From Octopus bimaculoides (lineage: Eukaryota), in contig NC_068985.1 in the NCBI RefSeq assembly GCF_001194135.2, forward strand, positions 84,577,672 through 84,627,028: 49,357 nt of DNA, given 5' to 3'. The notes under the pieces were generated by a model. The model had not been told where the DNA came from. It did not search any database and was given only the letters and a program-made list of their open reading frames with translations. How positions within the stretch are numbered: position 1 is the first letter of the stretch; each line of letters opens with the position of its first letter. A program made the translations under genes and the position numbers. Positions 1-12,032 of the stretch are shown in pieces.

Positions 1-204
1 CAAGAGTGGGCAGCAAAAAAAACCTATTTGTATATGCTCCACAAGGGAAAACAAGGAACATAGTTTACAACGAGGTGTTATAATCACAACAGCAAGAAAG
101 TATGTACATGATCACCTTCTTTTACGAAACTTCATTGACTTTCATATATTTATATTGATATACATATATATACGTGTGTTTGGGTGCGTGTGTGTATATA
201 CATA

Positions 205-286
205 TCTATATATAAAGATGATGCGTAGTCTAGACGGCGTTTTTATTATTCTCTTTAACCCGGGCAATGCCGGGTATTTCTGCTAG
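205..286 (+). mobile_element. Very short non-autonomous Helitron
   Basis: 5' end A|TCTATATATAAAG at 205. GC-rich hairpin ACCCGG-gcaatg-CCGGGT at 258-275. 3' end CTAG at 283-286 followed by T, so it is inserted at A|T with no TSD. These are the canonical Helitron termini. Confidence 0.7.
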
Positions 287-576
287 TCTACACTAAAAAG
301 ATAGATCTGAAATTACCTGAAGTTTCAACCAGGCATTCAGTTGGCATCACAGAACTTGGCTTTCTGGAAAGGAAAAGGAAAATACAATAAGACAAAACTT
401 TGTGGTATTTAGTTACAATCCTTTTTGTTCTAAGTTCAAATCCTACTTTGACCAACTTTGTCTTTCATTCTTCCAGCATTGATAAAATGAAATACTAGTT
501 AGGTCAGTATAATCGACTGTCTTCCCCAAATCTAAGATGTTTTCACTTTGTAAAATGATGACATTTACAAGTTAGT

Positions 577-785
577 TGATTGGCAGAATCAACAGAGTAT
601 TTGACCCAATGCCTTTTGTTTAGCCCCAGCCCTTTACATTGTGAGTTCAATTCCTGCCAAATACAAGTTTGCATCCCATCTTTCTGATGTCAACAAAATA
701 AAGTGCCAGTCAAGTACTGGGAGTAGTTCAATCAACTATATCCTCTCCAACAAAATTCGTAACTTTGTAATTGTGGTAAAAATCT
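577..785 (+). mobile_element. Degraded tRNA-derived SINE, family B
   Basis: TGGCAGAATC head, GAGTTCAATT B-box-like motif and AAGTACTGG body, shared with the copies at 25355 and 30013. Confidence 0.5.
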
Positions 786-2145
786 ATTTTTAAATGTAGT
801 CTACCTATTGATGGTCTTATATCCCTCAAAGTGAATATGACTAGATTTGAATCTAGAGCCTTTTATTTTTAAACTAATTGTTTATCACACTTGATCTAGA
901 AATAATGATTCATAGCTTAAAACTACTTTTGGTTCATGTATATAACCAGAGAATAAAACATCAGATAATAAGTAATTCAAACTCAACTAAACAGTATAGA
1001 TATAGACATTACATTATATTTTCATCTCTGAAGATGAGGTTTAACAGTGCAGAGAAATTATAACCTCACCATTGTCTATATTCTTTTTATGTTATTTTAA
1101 TAATCTATCATTTCTCTCTATTAGATATGCTTTTTTCCAATAATACCAGTTCTATCTATGTTTTGTTTACCGTTATTTTGTCTTTTTTTTTTTACAATTT
1201 CATTTTAAACTTCATTCCTTATATTCAATTCTTACAAGTGAGCCCTTCTTCAGCCTTTCAGCAAACCAGGAGCATACGTTGTTGTTTTTTTTTTGTTTTT
1301 TTTTGTTTTTTTATTTTTTGGTAGACGTTTTATTAATGGGGTTGAAAAAAATCATTGTCTCTTATTTTTCATTTCATGCACCTTATAAACTCTTGTATTA
1401 TACTTAACAATATGTTGTCCCCAATACCATGAAAATTTCTTTAAATTGAAAAATCTTGTTTGACATAAAATTAATTATCAATTCCTCTTTGTTTCATTAT
1501 ATTTTTGAGATGAATTTCAGAAGAAACTGATTGAACTGTAAAATTCATATATTTTGCTCTCAGTCATGAAATTTTTGTTCTGTTTAAGTTTTTTTTTTTT
1601 TTGTANNNNNNNNNNNNNNNNNNNNNNNNNNNNNNNNNNNNNNNNNNNNNNNNNNNNNNNNNNNNNNNNNNNNNNNNNNNNNNNNNNNNNNNNNNNNNNN
1701 NNNNNCATTTCTATTTATTTTTTTAAAAATAAAAAACATATTTTCATATGGCTCCAAGTAACAAACAGTACAAAATACTGATTGTTTATGTGTGATGAGG
1801 CCTAAAAATGTAGGGTTTGCTGAACACTTCACCTTACAGTATCTGTAACTAATCAACAGTAGGTGGCAGTAAAGCAAGGTTTGATGTTGCTATGGTTTGG
1901 GTTTGAGAATAAACATTATTGTGTGTGTGTTTTTTTGTTTTTTTTGTTGTTTTTTAATTAACAAGAAAAAATTTAGAACAAATTAAGGTAGAGACACTCC
2001 ATCTACATCCTCCTCACTGCCCTGTATTAACAGTAGTTGTTCAGTCGGATGGCAGATGTATTTACTGTAAGATTTTAGGTGCTGAAGAATAAATGAAACA
2101 CAAAGAAAATCATTCAGTGAAATAATTGTTAAGAATATCCCAATC

Positions 2146-2146
2146 A

Positions 2147-2186
<40 letters not shown>

Positions 2187-2271
2187 CATGAGTACATGAA
2201 TATGTGTGTATGTTATGTGTGTGCTAAAAACATAAACATGCAAATGAGTAGTAGAAACATTTTTTCTGTTC

Positions 2272-2340
<69 letters not shown>
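2146..2340. repeat. (TG)n and (TA)n microsatellite cluster
   Basis: (TG)n at about 2146-2182 and a perfect (TA)n of about 65 nt at about 2275-2340. Representative of dozens of similar arrays in the window. Confidence 0.95.
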
Positions 2341-2347
<7 letters not shown>

Positions 2348-2416
2348 ATATGTATATATACACACATATACAAACATACACCAACCCCGCACACATATAT
2401 AAGCATGCACACGCAA

Positions 2417-2447
<31 letters not shown>

Positions 2448-2768
2448 GAAGACAAAGCAAAGCAGGAGATATTGTTTATAAAATATTTAGTTACATTAAA
2501 AATGAAACACACATAAGATGGTGTAACCAGATACTTTATAAACAATCTGTTATTCTTTCACTATGTACTCTGTGACACACATAACCAACTGTAGATTCCA
2601 ACCAAATTGATACATGGATTCTGATACCAAGTCATTCTCATGGGTTCTCTTCAGACATACAGAAATACAACATAGTTCTAACCACTGATTATTTGTTGTG
2701 CAACTTAAATTCTAAATACACCATATACATACGTACATGCATATATATATGTATGTATGTGTGTGTGT

Positions 2769-2834
<66 letters not shown>

Positions 2835-3263
2835 NNNNNNNNNNATATATGTGTATATGCATATATGTGTATATGCATATATATGTATAATAATACAAAT
2901 GATGTATGAGCATATGCATGTATACATACATATATGTACTTACCTACATCTACATGTATATATAGATGCATATCCAGGTACAGGACGTCAATAAACGTGG
3001 ACAAAAAAGGAACGGAAACATAAACAAAGCACAAAAATAGACTTTTTTTACGGACAACAGAATGAACACATAGGAAAACAGACTAGACACTTATGGAACT
3101 TTTCCTTCATCAGCTGCCTCTATTTTAAACTAGGTGTTTTGAAGATGAGGCAGAACGCGCTCTTAGAATAGCTCTTCCCGCGAAGTGGATTAACCTGCTA
3201 AGCAGAGGATTCCAAAGTAGCAAACAAAAACTTAAACAGTGAAAACACACACATACACACACA

Positions 3264-3340
<77 letters not shown>

Positions 3341-3763
3341 ATACAAATAAGAAGAAAACAAAGAAAAATTTTTTAACACATCTTTAATGATTTGTTACAA
3401 TTGTTTCTGTACAAACTCTATTTGCATCACCAGTTTATGCAAAAGTTTGAAGTGAAAATTTACGTAATGTTTGAGGTTTTAGACATTAGAGAGGCACTTC
3501 ATCACTCTTGCAACATGGAGGATTAATTTTAGTCATTCAAAATTTCTACCACACTATCTGCAACCTGTTTAAATGACACAGTTCCACTGCAATTCCACCA
3601 TGTCAGAGACTAGACTGTAGATAGTGCAGTGGAAATTTTGGTATCAATTAAGGTTCGTGTGCACTTTTGAAAAAACCTGAAATGAGTTTTCCATACTGTA
3701 ATTGCTTTAGTTTCAAACCACAGATCAGATTAAATCACTTGGTGGACAATCACAACTCATATA

Positions 3764-3807
<44 letters not shown>

Positions 3808-3877
3808 GGAATAATTATTATGAAGCATTGTGTAGAATATATTGTATAAAGGATCGTGGCTAAAGCCAAAACAACAT

Positions 3878-4180
3878 GAAGTAAATTGCAGGGCAAATCA
3901 CAAGAAAACAAATATATGAATTAATGTAGACTTACCTTGCATTCAATATTTCAGGGTTATGACCCAATTTTCAAGAAACTGACGAATGTTGCCAATGTGC
4001 CTGTGTGTGAGCTCACAAACACATGCATCAGCAACATTTGTCAGTTTCTCACACACACGCAGATCGGCAACATTCGTCACTTTCTTGAAAATGGGGTCAT
4101 AACACCGAAGTATTGAATACAAGGTAAGTCTACATTAATTCATATATTTGTTTTCTTGGGATTTACTTTGCATTTACTTC
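3878..4180. repeat. Fold-back element with ~115-bp inverted arms (Penelope-like inverted repeat or MITE)
   Basis: 3878-3993 (GAAGTAAAT...GAATGTTGCC) is the near reverse complement of 4066-4180 (GGCAACATTC...ATTTACTTC), with a spacer of about 70 bp. Confidence 0.85.
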
Positions 4181-5054
4181 GTATTACTCTGGCCTTACCC
4201 ATGATTCTTTATACACTGTGTGTGTGTGTGTGTAAAGAAAATAAGACAAGGTAGAAAATGCTAAAATAATTTTATCGTGAAATGTTTTTAAAAAATATTT
4301 CCATAGTCTTCAAATAAGTAGGGCATTTTCCTTTTCTCTCTCTCTCTCTCTTTTACTTTTGTGAAGGCTTGGTAGGTAGCAGATCTGAAAGAATAGTTAA
4401 TAAGGGTACAGTGATTGTTTATATATATGTATATATATATATATATGCATACATGCATGTATGTATATATATATGTGTGTATATACATACATACATATAT
4501 ATAAATAAAAGTCATTAGAAGAATCAATTTAATAGATGGAGTCCAATAAATCTCATCAAATAAATGGAACAGGTTTTGATGCTAATATGGATTATTTATT
4601 TAATTTCACCATACAGCTGTTTCTGTTGCAAACGACCATATTTCAGGTATACAATTGAAAAATAGGTATTTCAACAAGAGTAATACACATTATATTATGT
4701 CATTTGGAACTCATCAGTGGATAATAATTGAATATTTTAATATTTAAAATTAGTACATTTAGTTTTTTTCTTTGTGACAATTTTATATATATATAATGAT
4801 GATTGCCATGAGGCAGGAAAGTATACTAGTCCTTATATATTTAATACTCAATATTTCATATATTCAATAAAACAGTCAATACTTCATTTCATTTTACCAT
4901 TTATATTATATATTCCATATTCTATATCCCACATTAATTTTATAAGANNNNNNNNNNNNNNNNNNNNNNNNNNNNNNNNNNNNNNNNNNNNNNNNNNNNN
5001 NNNNNNNNNNNNNNNNNNNNNNNNNNNNNNNNNNNNNNNNNNNNNNNNNNNNNN

Positions 5055-5098
<44 letters not shown>

Positions 5099-5567
5099 GA
5101 AATAGCATGATGGAATTTATTTAACTATAGGAAAATCAAATATCACAGCAAATTCTTTTGTAACTTAAAGTATGTTAAGATAATTTATTTTATTATGTTT
5201 AATAATAAATAAATTACTTACATGTCTGCATTAATACAAATGATGCTTTAAAGTAATGCAGAAATGAATCTACATCCTCAGGTGAAAGAAAAATATTTGT
5301 TTAAATCAAAGATTTTTCTTTCATCGTACTGTTTCTCTTGTCATTTATATATTTATACACTCTTTCTTGTTTTTCTCTTGTATTGTAATATAAATTCTAT
5401 GTTTTTAGAATGATACATTAAGGATCTTTCTCTATGAGTACTACCAGATTTCTTGAATCTATATATTGCAACTTATATTTGCATATATGTATGTGTGTGC
5501 ACGTGTATGTGTGTGCATGCATGTATGTGTTTATATATCTATGTGTGTGTGTGTGTGTGTGTAATAA

Positions 5568-5830
5568 TCATCATCATTTAACATGTTTTCCATGCTGCAA
5601 TGGGTTGAGCAGTTCAACAAAAACTGGCAAGTCAGAAGGACTGAACCAAACTCTGTTGACTGCTTTGGCACGGTTGTTTTTGTTGCTAAACATCCTTCCT
5701 TAATGCCAACCACTCTATGCAGTGTAGTAGGTGGTCTTGACATGGCACCAGGAGCAGTGAGGTCACCAAGTAACCGGCAAGACACGACCTCTCAACTGAG
5801 GAACAGGAAAATTTGTCTTGCAGTAGAGAA
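5568..5830 (-). mobile_element. RTE-type LINE 3' end / RTE-tailed element (family C)
   Basis: Plus strand reads (TCA)n-TTTAACATGTTTTCCATGCTGCAATGGGTTG, the reverse of the CATGCCAGCATGGAAA..GTTAAA(TGA)n tail also seen at 13740, 21372, 26328 and 26905. Confidence 0.55.
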
Positions 5831-5878
5831 GAAATGTGACTGTCTCAAGTGGAGAGAGACAGAGAGAAGGGAGGAGAG

Positions 5879-5888
5879 AATAGATAGA

Positions 5889-5925
<37 letters not shown>
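5879..5925. repeat. (GATA)n(GACA)n compound tetranucleotide microsatellite
   Basis: Read directly from the sequence. Confidence 0.9.
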
Positions 5926-6112
5926 TGGAATTGCATTGATCCAGGTTATTAACTCCAATATATATTTGGCTAGCTGGGTACTCAGTGGGAAATCCAATCT
6001 AAGCTATAGAAACCATGCCAAAACTGATACTGAATCTCAAGACAACCCTATTGCTTGCTAAATGATGTCAACCCATCCAGCCCATGCCAGCATGGAAACT
6101 GGGTGCTAAATA

Positions 6113-6585
6113 CATTATTTACATTTGACGGATATTTGTCCTCATTTTGTTTCTTGTTAACACAACGTTTCAGCTGATATACCCTCCAGCCTTCATCAGG
6201 TGTCTTGGGGAAATTTCGAACCTGGGTTCTCATTCCTAAGGTATTTTACGATGTTATTATTATTATTATTATTATTATTCAGGTCACTGCTTGGAATCAA
6301 ACTTGGAATCTTGGGGTTAGATTCCCAAGATTCTGATTTCGATTCCAAGCAATGACCCGAATAATAATAATGTAATAATAATAATAATGATAACAACAAC
6401 ATCGTAAAATACCTTAGGAATGAGAACCCAGGTTCAAAATTTCCCCAATACACTTGTTGAAGTCTGGAGGGTATATCAGCCAAAAACGTTGTGTTAACAA
6501 CAAACAAGGTGAGGACAAATATCCGTCAAATGTAAATAATGTAAATAATGTACATAATTCTTCATCTCTTAAATATATAACTGAA
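6113..6585. mobile_element. Fold-back element with ~200-bp inverted arms, hammerhead motifs and a 9-bp TSD (Penelope-like inverted repeat)
   Basis: 6111-6543 is a near-perfect palindrome centred near 6320. TGCTAAATA is duplicated at 6104-6112 and 6586-6594. The element splits a family-C tail, whose (GAT)n resumes at about 6597. Confidence 0.8.
6159..6204 (-). ncRNA. Minimal type I hammerhead ribozyme motif
   Basis: Minus strand: GACAC CUGAUGA A GGCUG GAGGGUAUAU CAGCU GAAA CGU U GUGUU. Stem I is GACAC/GUGUU, stem II is GGCUG/CAGCU, helix III is the loopless palindrome ACGU, and the NUH triplet is GUU. Confidence 0.7.
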
Positions 6586-6790
6586 TGCTAAATATTGATG
6601 ATGATGAAGATTCACAGTCAGTAGAGCAAGTGGCACAATTTTAACTTGTTAAATGATATTAGGAGCTCTGTAAATACAATTTCAAAACAACACTTGCAGC
6701 ACATGTAATGTGGTGTAAAAATAGGATAAATGAAAATGAATAAATAATCATTTATTCAATTCATGCTACATGCATTTCAGTAGCATGGTA

Positions 6791-6951
6791 ATTTGCATAC
6801 GATGTATTACATATTATGATGTGAGATAACATAATTTTCATTACATAATATACTTGATGATGCCTGAAGAGATGGTTGGTTATAAAGTGTATCAGGTAAT
6901 GAAAATTATGTAGTCTCACAACATTTATTCTGTAATATGTTGTATGTAAAT
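6791..6951. repeat. Degraded inverted repeat with ~54-bp arms
   Basis: GTGAGATAACATAATTTTCATTAC (6821-6844) matches the reverse complement of GTAATGAAAATTATGTAGTCTCAC (6896-6919) at 22/24. Weaker pairing extends out to 6791 and 6951. Confidence 0.7.
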
Positions 6952-8084
6952 AAAATACTTTGTTTAACTCTATTCAATCTACCTTGGCAAGCAAAAGTGA
7001 CATGGCAAAATAAATCTCAACAACTAGTAAAAATGACATTCACAATAGACACCAACGATCATTGTATCAATTCAACAAATTTCTTCCATTTTCATGTAAT
7101 AGGAATGTTTTATCATTTTTATGCTGAACAAATTGCATTTCATTAAAATCTCCAATTTGTAAATTTGTAACAGGGCTGAGTAATATATATATATATATAT
7201 ATATATACAGAGAGAGAGAGAGAGAAAGCATTATCACTTAAGAAGAAGAGTTAAACTCTTCTTCTTAAGCTATAAAAATAACGATACAAATTCAATGCTA
7301 TTTTTATGTTCACCTATATCCTTACAAATACACTGACATTAACATCTTTATGTTTGTTGCTAAAAGTTCAGTTAAACTTTCCCATTCTTTTTGCATAAGA
7401 AATATATTACACTGACTCTTGTACTAATCAACATACCATTACAGAATATGAATAACTCAATATCATATTGGTTAACAAACTCTCCAGTTGTCAAGCTGTC
7501 TGATTCCTTAGTATTTATTTTTGTATAAAAAATTTTAATGGGTAATAATATACCAAACCAGCTTGCAATGTTTAATTAAATATATATCTTTCACCGACTG
7601 AAAAGCAATTTGCTTGTCATGTTTACATAAAATTAAGTTGGTTTTTAGACTAAGAAATATGATGGCTCATTTCTGTTATGTAAATAACTATTTAGGTTCA
7701 TGAAAAATATGACATGATAGCAAGTCAATGTTAAAGAAATCAATCCTTTGTAAAGATCATCATTATCATCATCATCATCATTTTGGGTCCACTTTCCATA
7801 CTTGCAAAAATTGGACAGATCATCACAGTTCAAGTCAGTTCTTGAACTAAATTGTGAAAAACCTGTTCAACCCATGCAAGCATGCTCTTCAGTTTTTTGC
7901 ATAAAGTGATTGTTCAAAAGGTGCTTTTCCTTTGCAGTGTTTATTCACCCTAGCTATTGACAATAGACACTAACTTTATGCTATAAGTCTCAGGAATTTA
8001 ATTGTGAGTCAGCTTATTTGCCTTAAATAACCAACATTAACATTTAAGTTTCCATTTATAATACTTACAATACTTATGTAAAGG

Positions 8085-8425
8085 TGCATGGCTAAGTGGT
8101 TAGAGAATAAGGCTCATAATCATTAGGCAGTGAGTTCGATTTCTGGACTGGGCTGTGTGTTGTGTTTTTAAGCAAGATACTTTATTTCATGTTGCTCCAG
8201 TTCACTCAGTTGTAGAAATTACTTGTGACATCACTGGTGCCCAGCTGTATTGGCCTTTACCTTTCCCTTGGATAACATCGATGGCATGGAGAGGGGAGGC
8301 TTGTATGCACGGGCGACTGCTGGTCTTTCATAAACAACCTTGACCAGACTTGTGCCTTGGAGGGGAATTTTCTAGGTGCAATTTCATGGTCATTCATGGC
8401 TGAAGGAGATCTTGCCCCTTTTTTA
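8085..8425 (+). mobile_element. tRNA-derived SINE, family D
   Basis: A-box TGGCTAAGTGG, B-box GAGTTCGATTT, then a TTAAGCAAGATACTTTATTTC central segment and a GC-richer body. Confidence 0.65.
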
Positions 8426-9562
8426 TCCTATAATATTTACATTTCATCGAAGTCATTACATTATTCAGAAGTACTGCATCATATTGAAGTGTTAGTAAGG
8501 CCATGCAAAAGTTTATTCACTCTCACTCATTATTTCTAGATTGGTAGGTCATGTGGCACTCACTTTAATAATTGAAGTCTTTTATTTTAAACTGCTTCCT
8601 AATCTTAATAAGTGATGGAAGATAGAAAATTGAGTTACTGTGCAAATACTGCTGCATTTAGAAAAGAAACTTACTGAAATGTGGTTTGCTGCAAATGCAG
8701 CAGTACACTACATCAGGAGGGCCTCAAAAGACTTGAGGTTCTGTCTTCCTTAACCCTCTATGATCTCAAGCTAATTAATTATCAACCTAATAAAGGAACT
8801 TGTACCTTGATACTTCACCTCTTAAAAATAATCCATTCTTTCAGAAATTATATCCCATTATCTTAAAAAAATGGTAAGACACATTGGATAATGTGTCCTC
8901 CCTGAATACACTGCAGATTTATCTTGGCTAGAGGTCTTTTGATCATTTGTTCTGCTTGATTGGAGCTAATCTAGAGCTAAAAAATAATAGCAACAACCAT
9001 CAACTAATTATAACAAAACAACCTGTTGCTGATTTTTCTTTCAATATATTCTAGTTTTATTTGGTCAACTTTTCCTGATAGAATATATTTACAAAACATT
9101 CTTAGTACACACCTTGAGTTTTTTTATAGGATTATTTCTACTCTCACCGGTTTAGAAATTGGAAAGCATTATTCTTTGGGTGTATTCCCTTAGCAGGCAT
9201 TTCAATGAGTTAAACATTTTTTACAGAATCAATACTGTTTAGTAACCCAGTGTTCAATTATGGTTTTAAAACTAGTTTAAATGCCTGAACAGCAACTACC
9301 TTGACTTAATTACTGGTATCAGTAAAGCAACTGAATGAGGGTGTTTTCATATATTTTTGGCTACATTTCTAAAATTTACATTAACATTGTGTAAATAATT
9401 ACAGTTTAATCATGCTGTTATATAAGAAATATGTACTCTTAAATAATGATTACTGCCCCTGGAAAACAAGTGGATACAATGTATATCTACTTACTGTTGT
9501 TACTAAGGTTTTTAAGGATTGTTGAAAGATGTTTAGAATTAATGTGACTGTACTACATATTG

Positions 9563-9720
9563 CAGTATGGTTGAATGTTTAAGAAGCTTTTTCACTTACA
9601 GCACTCCAGGTTCAATCCTATTGTGGGACATTTTGGGCACGTGACTTTTATCATAACCTTAGACTAGACCATGCTTTGTGAGGGAACTGGTTCACAGAAA
9701 CTGTATGGAGGGCTCCTTTC
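9563..9720 (+). mobile_element. Degraded family A SINE, 5' part
   Basis: GTATGGTTGAATGTTTAAGAAGCTT...GGTTCAATCC...TTTGTGAGGGAACTGG...AGAAACTG aligns by eye with 23969-24120. Confidence 0.45.
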
Positions 9721-10479
9721 AGCGGATGTCCTGTAATTCAAGGGCCTATCCTTGTCACACACAGTATCATGCTGACTCTGCCTAAGGACTATGTCAAGGG
9801 TATACATGTCTGTGGAATACTCAACCACCTTGATTCAATAAGTTTGACAGCTACCTCACTTGCTCAACAGAAAACTCATAGTTAGACATTTTGACTGACA
9901 TCCATTTATTTTATTGTATTTTATTTTATTAGCATAGCTGCTAAAATGATCATGTGACATTATAGAAAAATTACCAAAATGTCTGTAAAATATGGTCACA
10001 AGTTGTTTATTGTTTTGTAGACTGTTTTAATTTATTTATATACTTATTTGATTATTTTATGTGTTTGCTTTTTTTTTTGTTGTTGGTCAGTTTACTTGGA
10101 ATGGTTGATGTATAAAGATATTTGAATTAACTTTACATTAATACTTGATTAAAACGTCTTGTGACGAATAACTAATTAAAATTGCATAACCAATCTGAGG
10201 TGGGCAGGGAGTGGAGTGGAGATTTAAAAATTGAAGAAAAAAAACAACAGCTTAAAAATATAAACAAAAATGACCATTAGAGTTTAGTCATATTTCAATT
10301 ATGTTTGTTATGTTTGTATTTTTCATTGTTTTTTATTTTGTTGTTGACAGTGGTGATTGTGGTGGTGGTGGTGGTGATGGTGGTGAGGAAAATGCTGATA
10401 GTGGTGGTGGTGGTGGTGTTGGTTGTGTTTTGCATGTATTTGTTGTCACTTGGTATGTATGTGCATGTATGTGCATCCA

Positions 10480-10514
<35 letters not shown>

Positions 10515-11060
10515 TCATATGTTGTTTCTGTTTTACTATTGCACACATGCATTTGTATAGAGTTGTACATATATGTTTATTTAGATGGTGAGTTTAAGTG
10601 GCTTCTTATGTGTACGCATGTGTATGTGTATGAAATTGTATGGAAGGAATGGGCACACAGTTATTTGTATATATGTGTGAGTGGACAAAACATATGGTTA
10701 TATTTGGATTTGCGTGTTCATGTGCAGAGATAGAATGCACGGTTTATGTGTATGTATACATATGGGTCGAGAGAGTGTCTGCTTATGTGCATATGTATGC
10801 GTGTAAAGGATGTAAGGTTAAATGTATGTTTCTATGTTTGAGGACAATGTATTGGAGCATTGGTATGTGTGTGTTTATGGAGAATGCTTGTGTTGTGTGT
10901 GTTTCATATTAGGAGTTTGTGTGGTTGGTTTCATGTGATTTTGGTTGGGTTCTGTCAGTGGGTGTTTATTTCTTTTATTCCTAATGTATATTTGAGTGTG
11001 ATTGCAATTTTATAAGTTTGTTGTGAGCGTGTGTGAATATGTGCATGTATTTACAAGATT

Positions 11061-11123
<63 letters not shown>
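11061..11123. repeat. (CA)n microsatellite
   Basis: About 30 perfect CA units. Confidence 0.95.
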
Positions 11124-11125
<2 letters not shown>

Positions 11126-11299
11126 CATACACACGCACATGCATACATTTCTCTGTGTGTCTGGTTTTGTCTTTTCAATGTAATGTCTTTTTGTTTCTTC
11201 TGCTATAATTTGCTGGTGACGTTCTTTCAAAGTCTTGTATTACAGTAAAGTATTATATGTATGTATATATGTATATATATATATATGTGTGTGTGTGAG

Positions 11300-11342
<43 letters not shown>

Positions 11343-11476
11343 GGTGTTTGTGTCTATTTAGTTATTTCCCCTTGTAAATTTGAGATGGTGATTAACAACT
11401 TGTGAAATTAGTTAAGATTTATAACCAGTATAATTGCTTCTGAAAACCACCTAAATAAAGTACTAAAATAAAAAGC

Positions 11477-11513
<37 letters not shown>

Positions 11514-11980
11514 NNNNNNNNNNNNNNNNNNNNNNNNNNNNNNNNNNNNNNNNNNNNNNNNNNNNNNNNNNNNNNNNNNNNNNNNNNNNNNNNNNNNNNN
11601 NNNNNNNNNNNNNNNNNNNNNNNNNNNNNNNNNNNNNNNNNNNNNNNNNNNNNNNNNNNNNNNNNNNNNNNNNNNNNNNNNNNNNNNNNNNNNNNNNNNN
11701 NNNNNNNNNNNNNNNNNNNNNNNNNNNNNNNNNNNNNNNNNNNNNNNNNNNNNNNNNNNNNNNNNNNNNNNNNNNNNNNNNNNNNNNNNNNNNNNNNNNN
11801 NNNNNNNNNNNNNNNNNNNNNNNNNNNNNNNNNNNNNNNNNNNNNNNNNNNNNNNNNNNNNNNNNNNNNNNNNNNNNNNNNNNNNNNNNNNNNNNNNNNN
11901 NNNNNNNNNNNNNNNNNNNNNNNNNNNNNNNNNNNNNNNNNNNNNNNNNNNNNNNNNNNNNNNNNNNNNNNNNNNNNNNN

Positions 11981-12032
<52 letters not shown>

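Noticed and set aside
2980-3260. CUGAUGA followed by an AGGAAAA/UUUUCCU stem on the minus strand near 3100-3115
   Set aside because: No GAAA follows the stem and no stem I/III can be closed. Possibly a repeat fragment, but not a supportable hammerhead.
2148-3379. YIYI/CVCV/HTHT/poly-Ser/poly-Val ORFs here and throughout the window
   Set aside because: Translations of (TA)n, (TG)n, (TCT)n and (GGT)n microsatellites, with no coding signal.
3979-3993. CUGACGA followed by a stem on the plus strand of the 3878 fold-back
   Set aside because: The pairing is just the element's own inverted repeat, and no GAAA/UH follows.
4690-4725. Minus-strand AUCCA CUGAUGA GUUC CAAAU GAC, resembling the 5' half of a hammerhead
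   Set aside because: It is followed by AUAAU, not GAAA, and no 3' half is present.
10188-10230. CCAAT, GGGCAGGG and ATTTAAAA in promoter-like order
   Set aside because: Short motifs expected by chance, with no downstream exon or CpG island.
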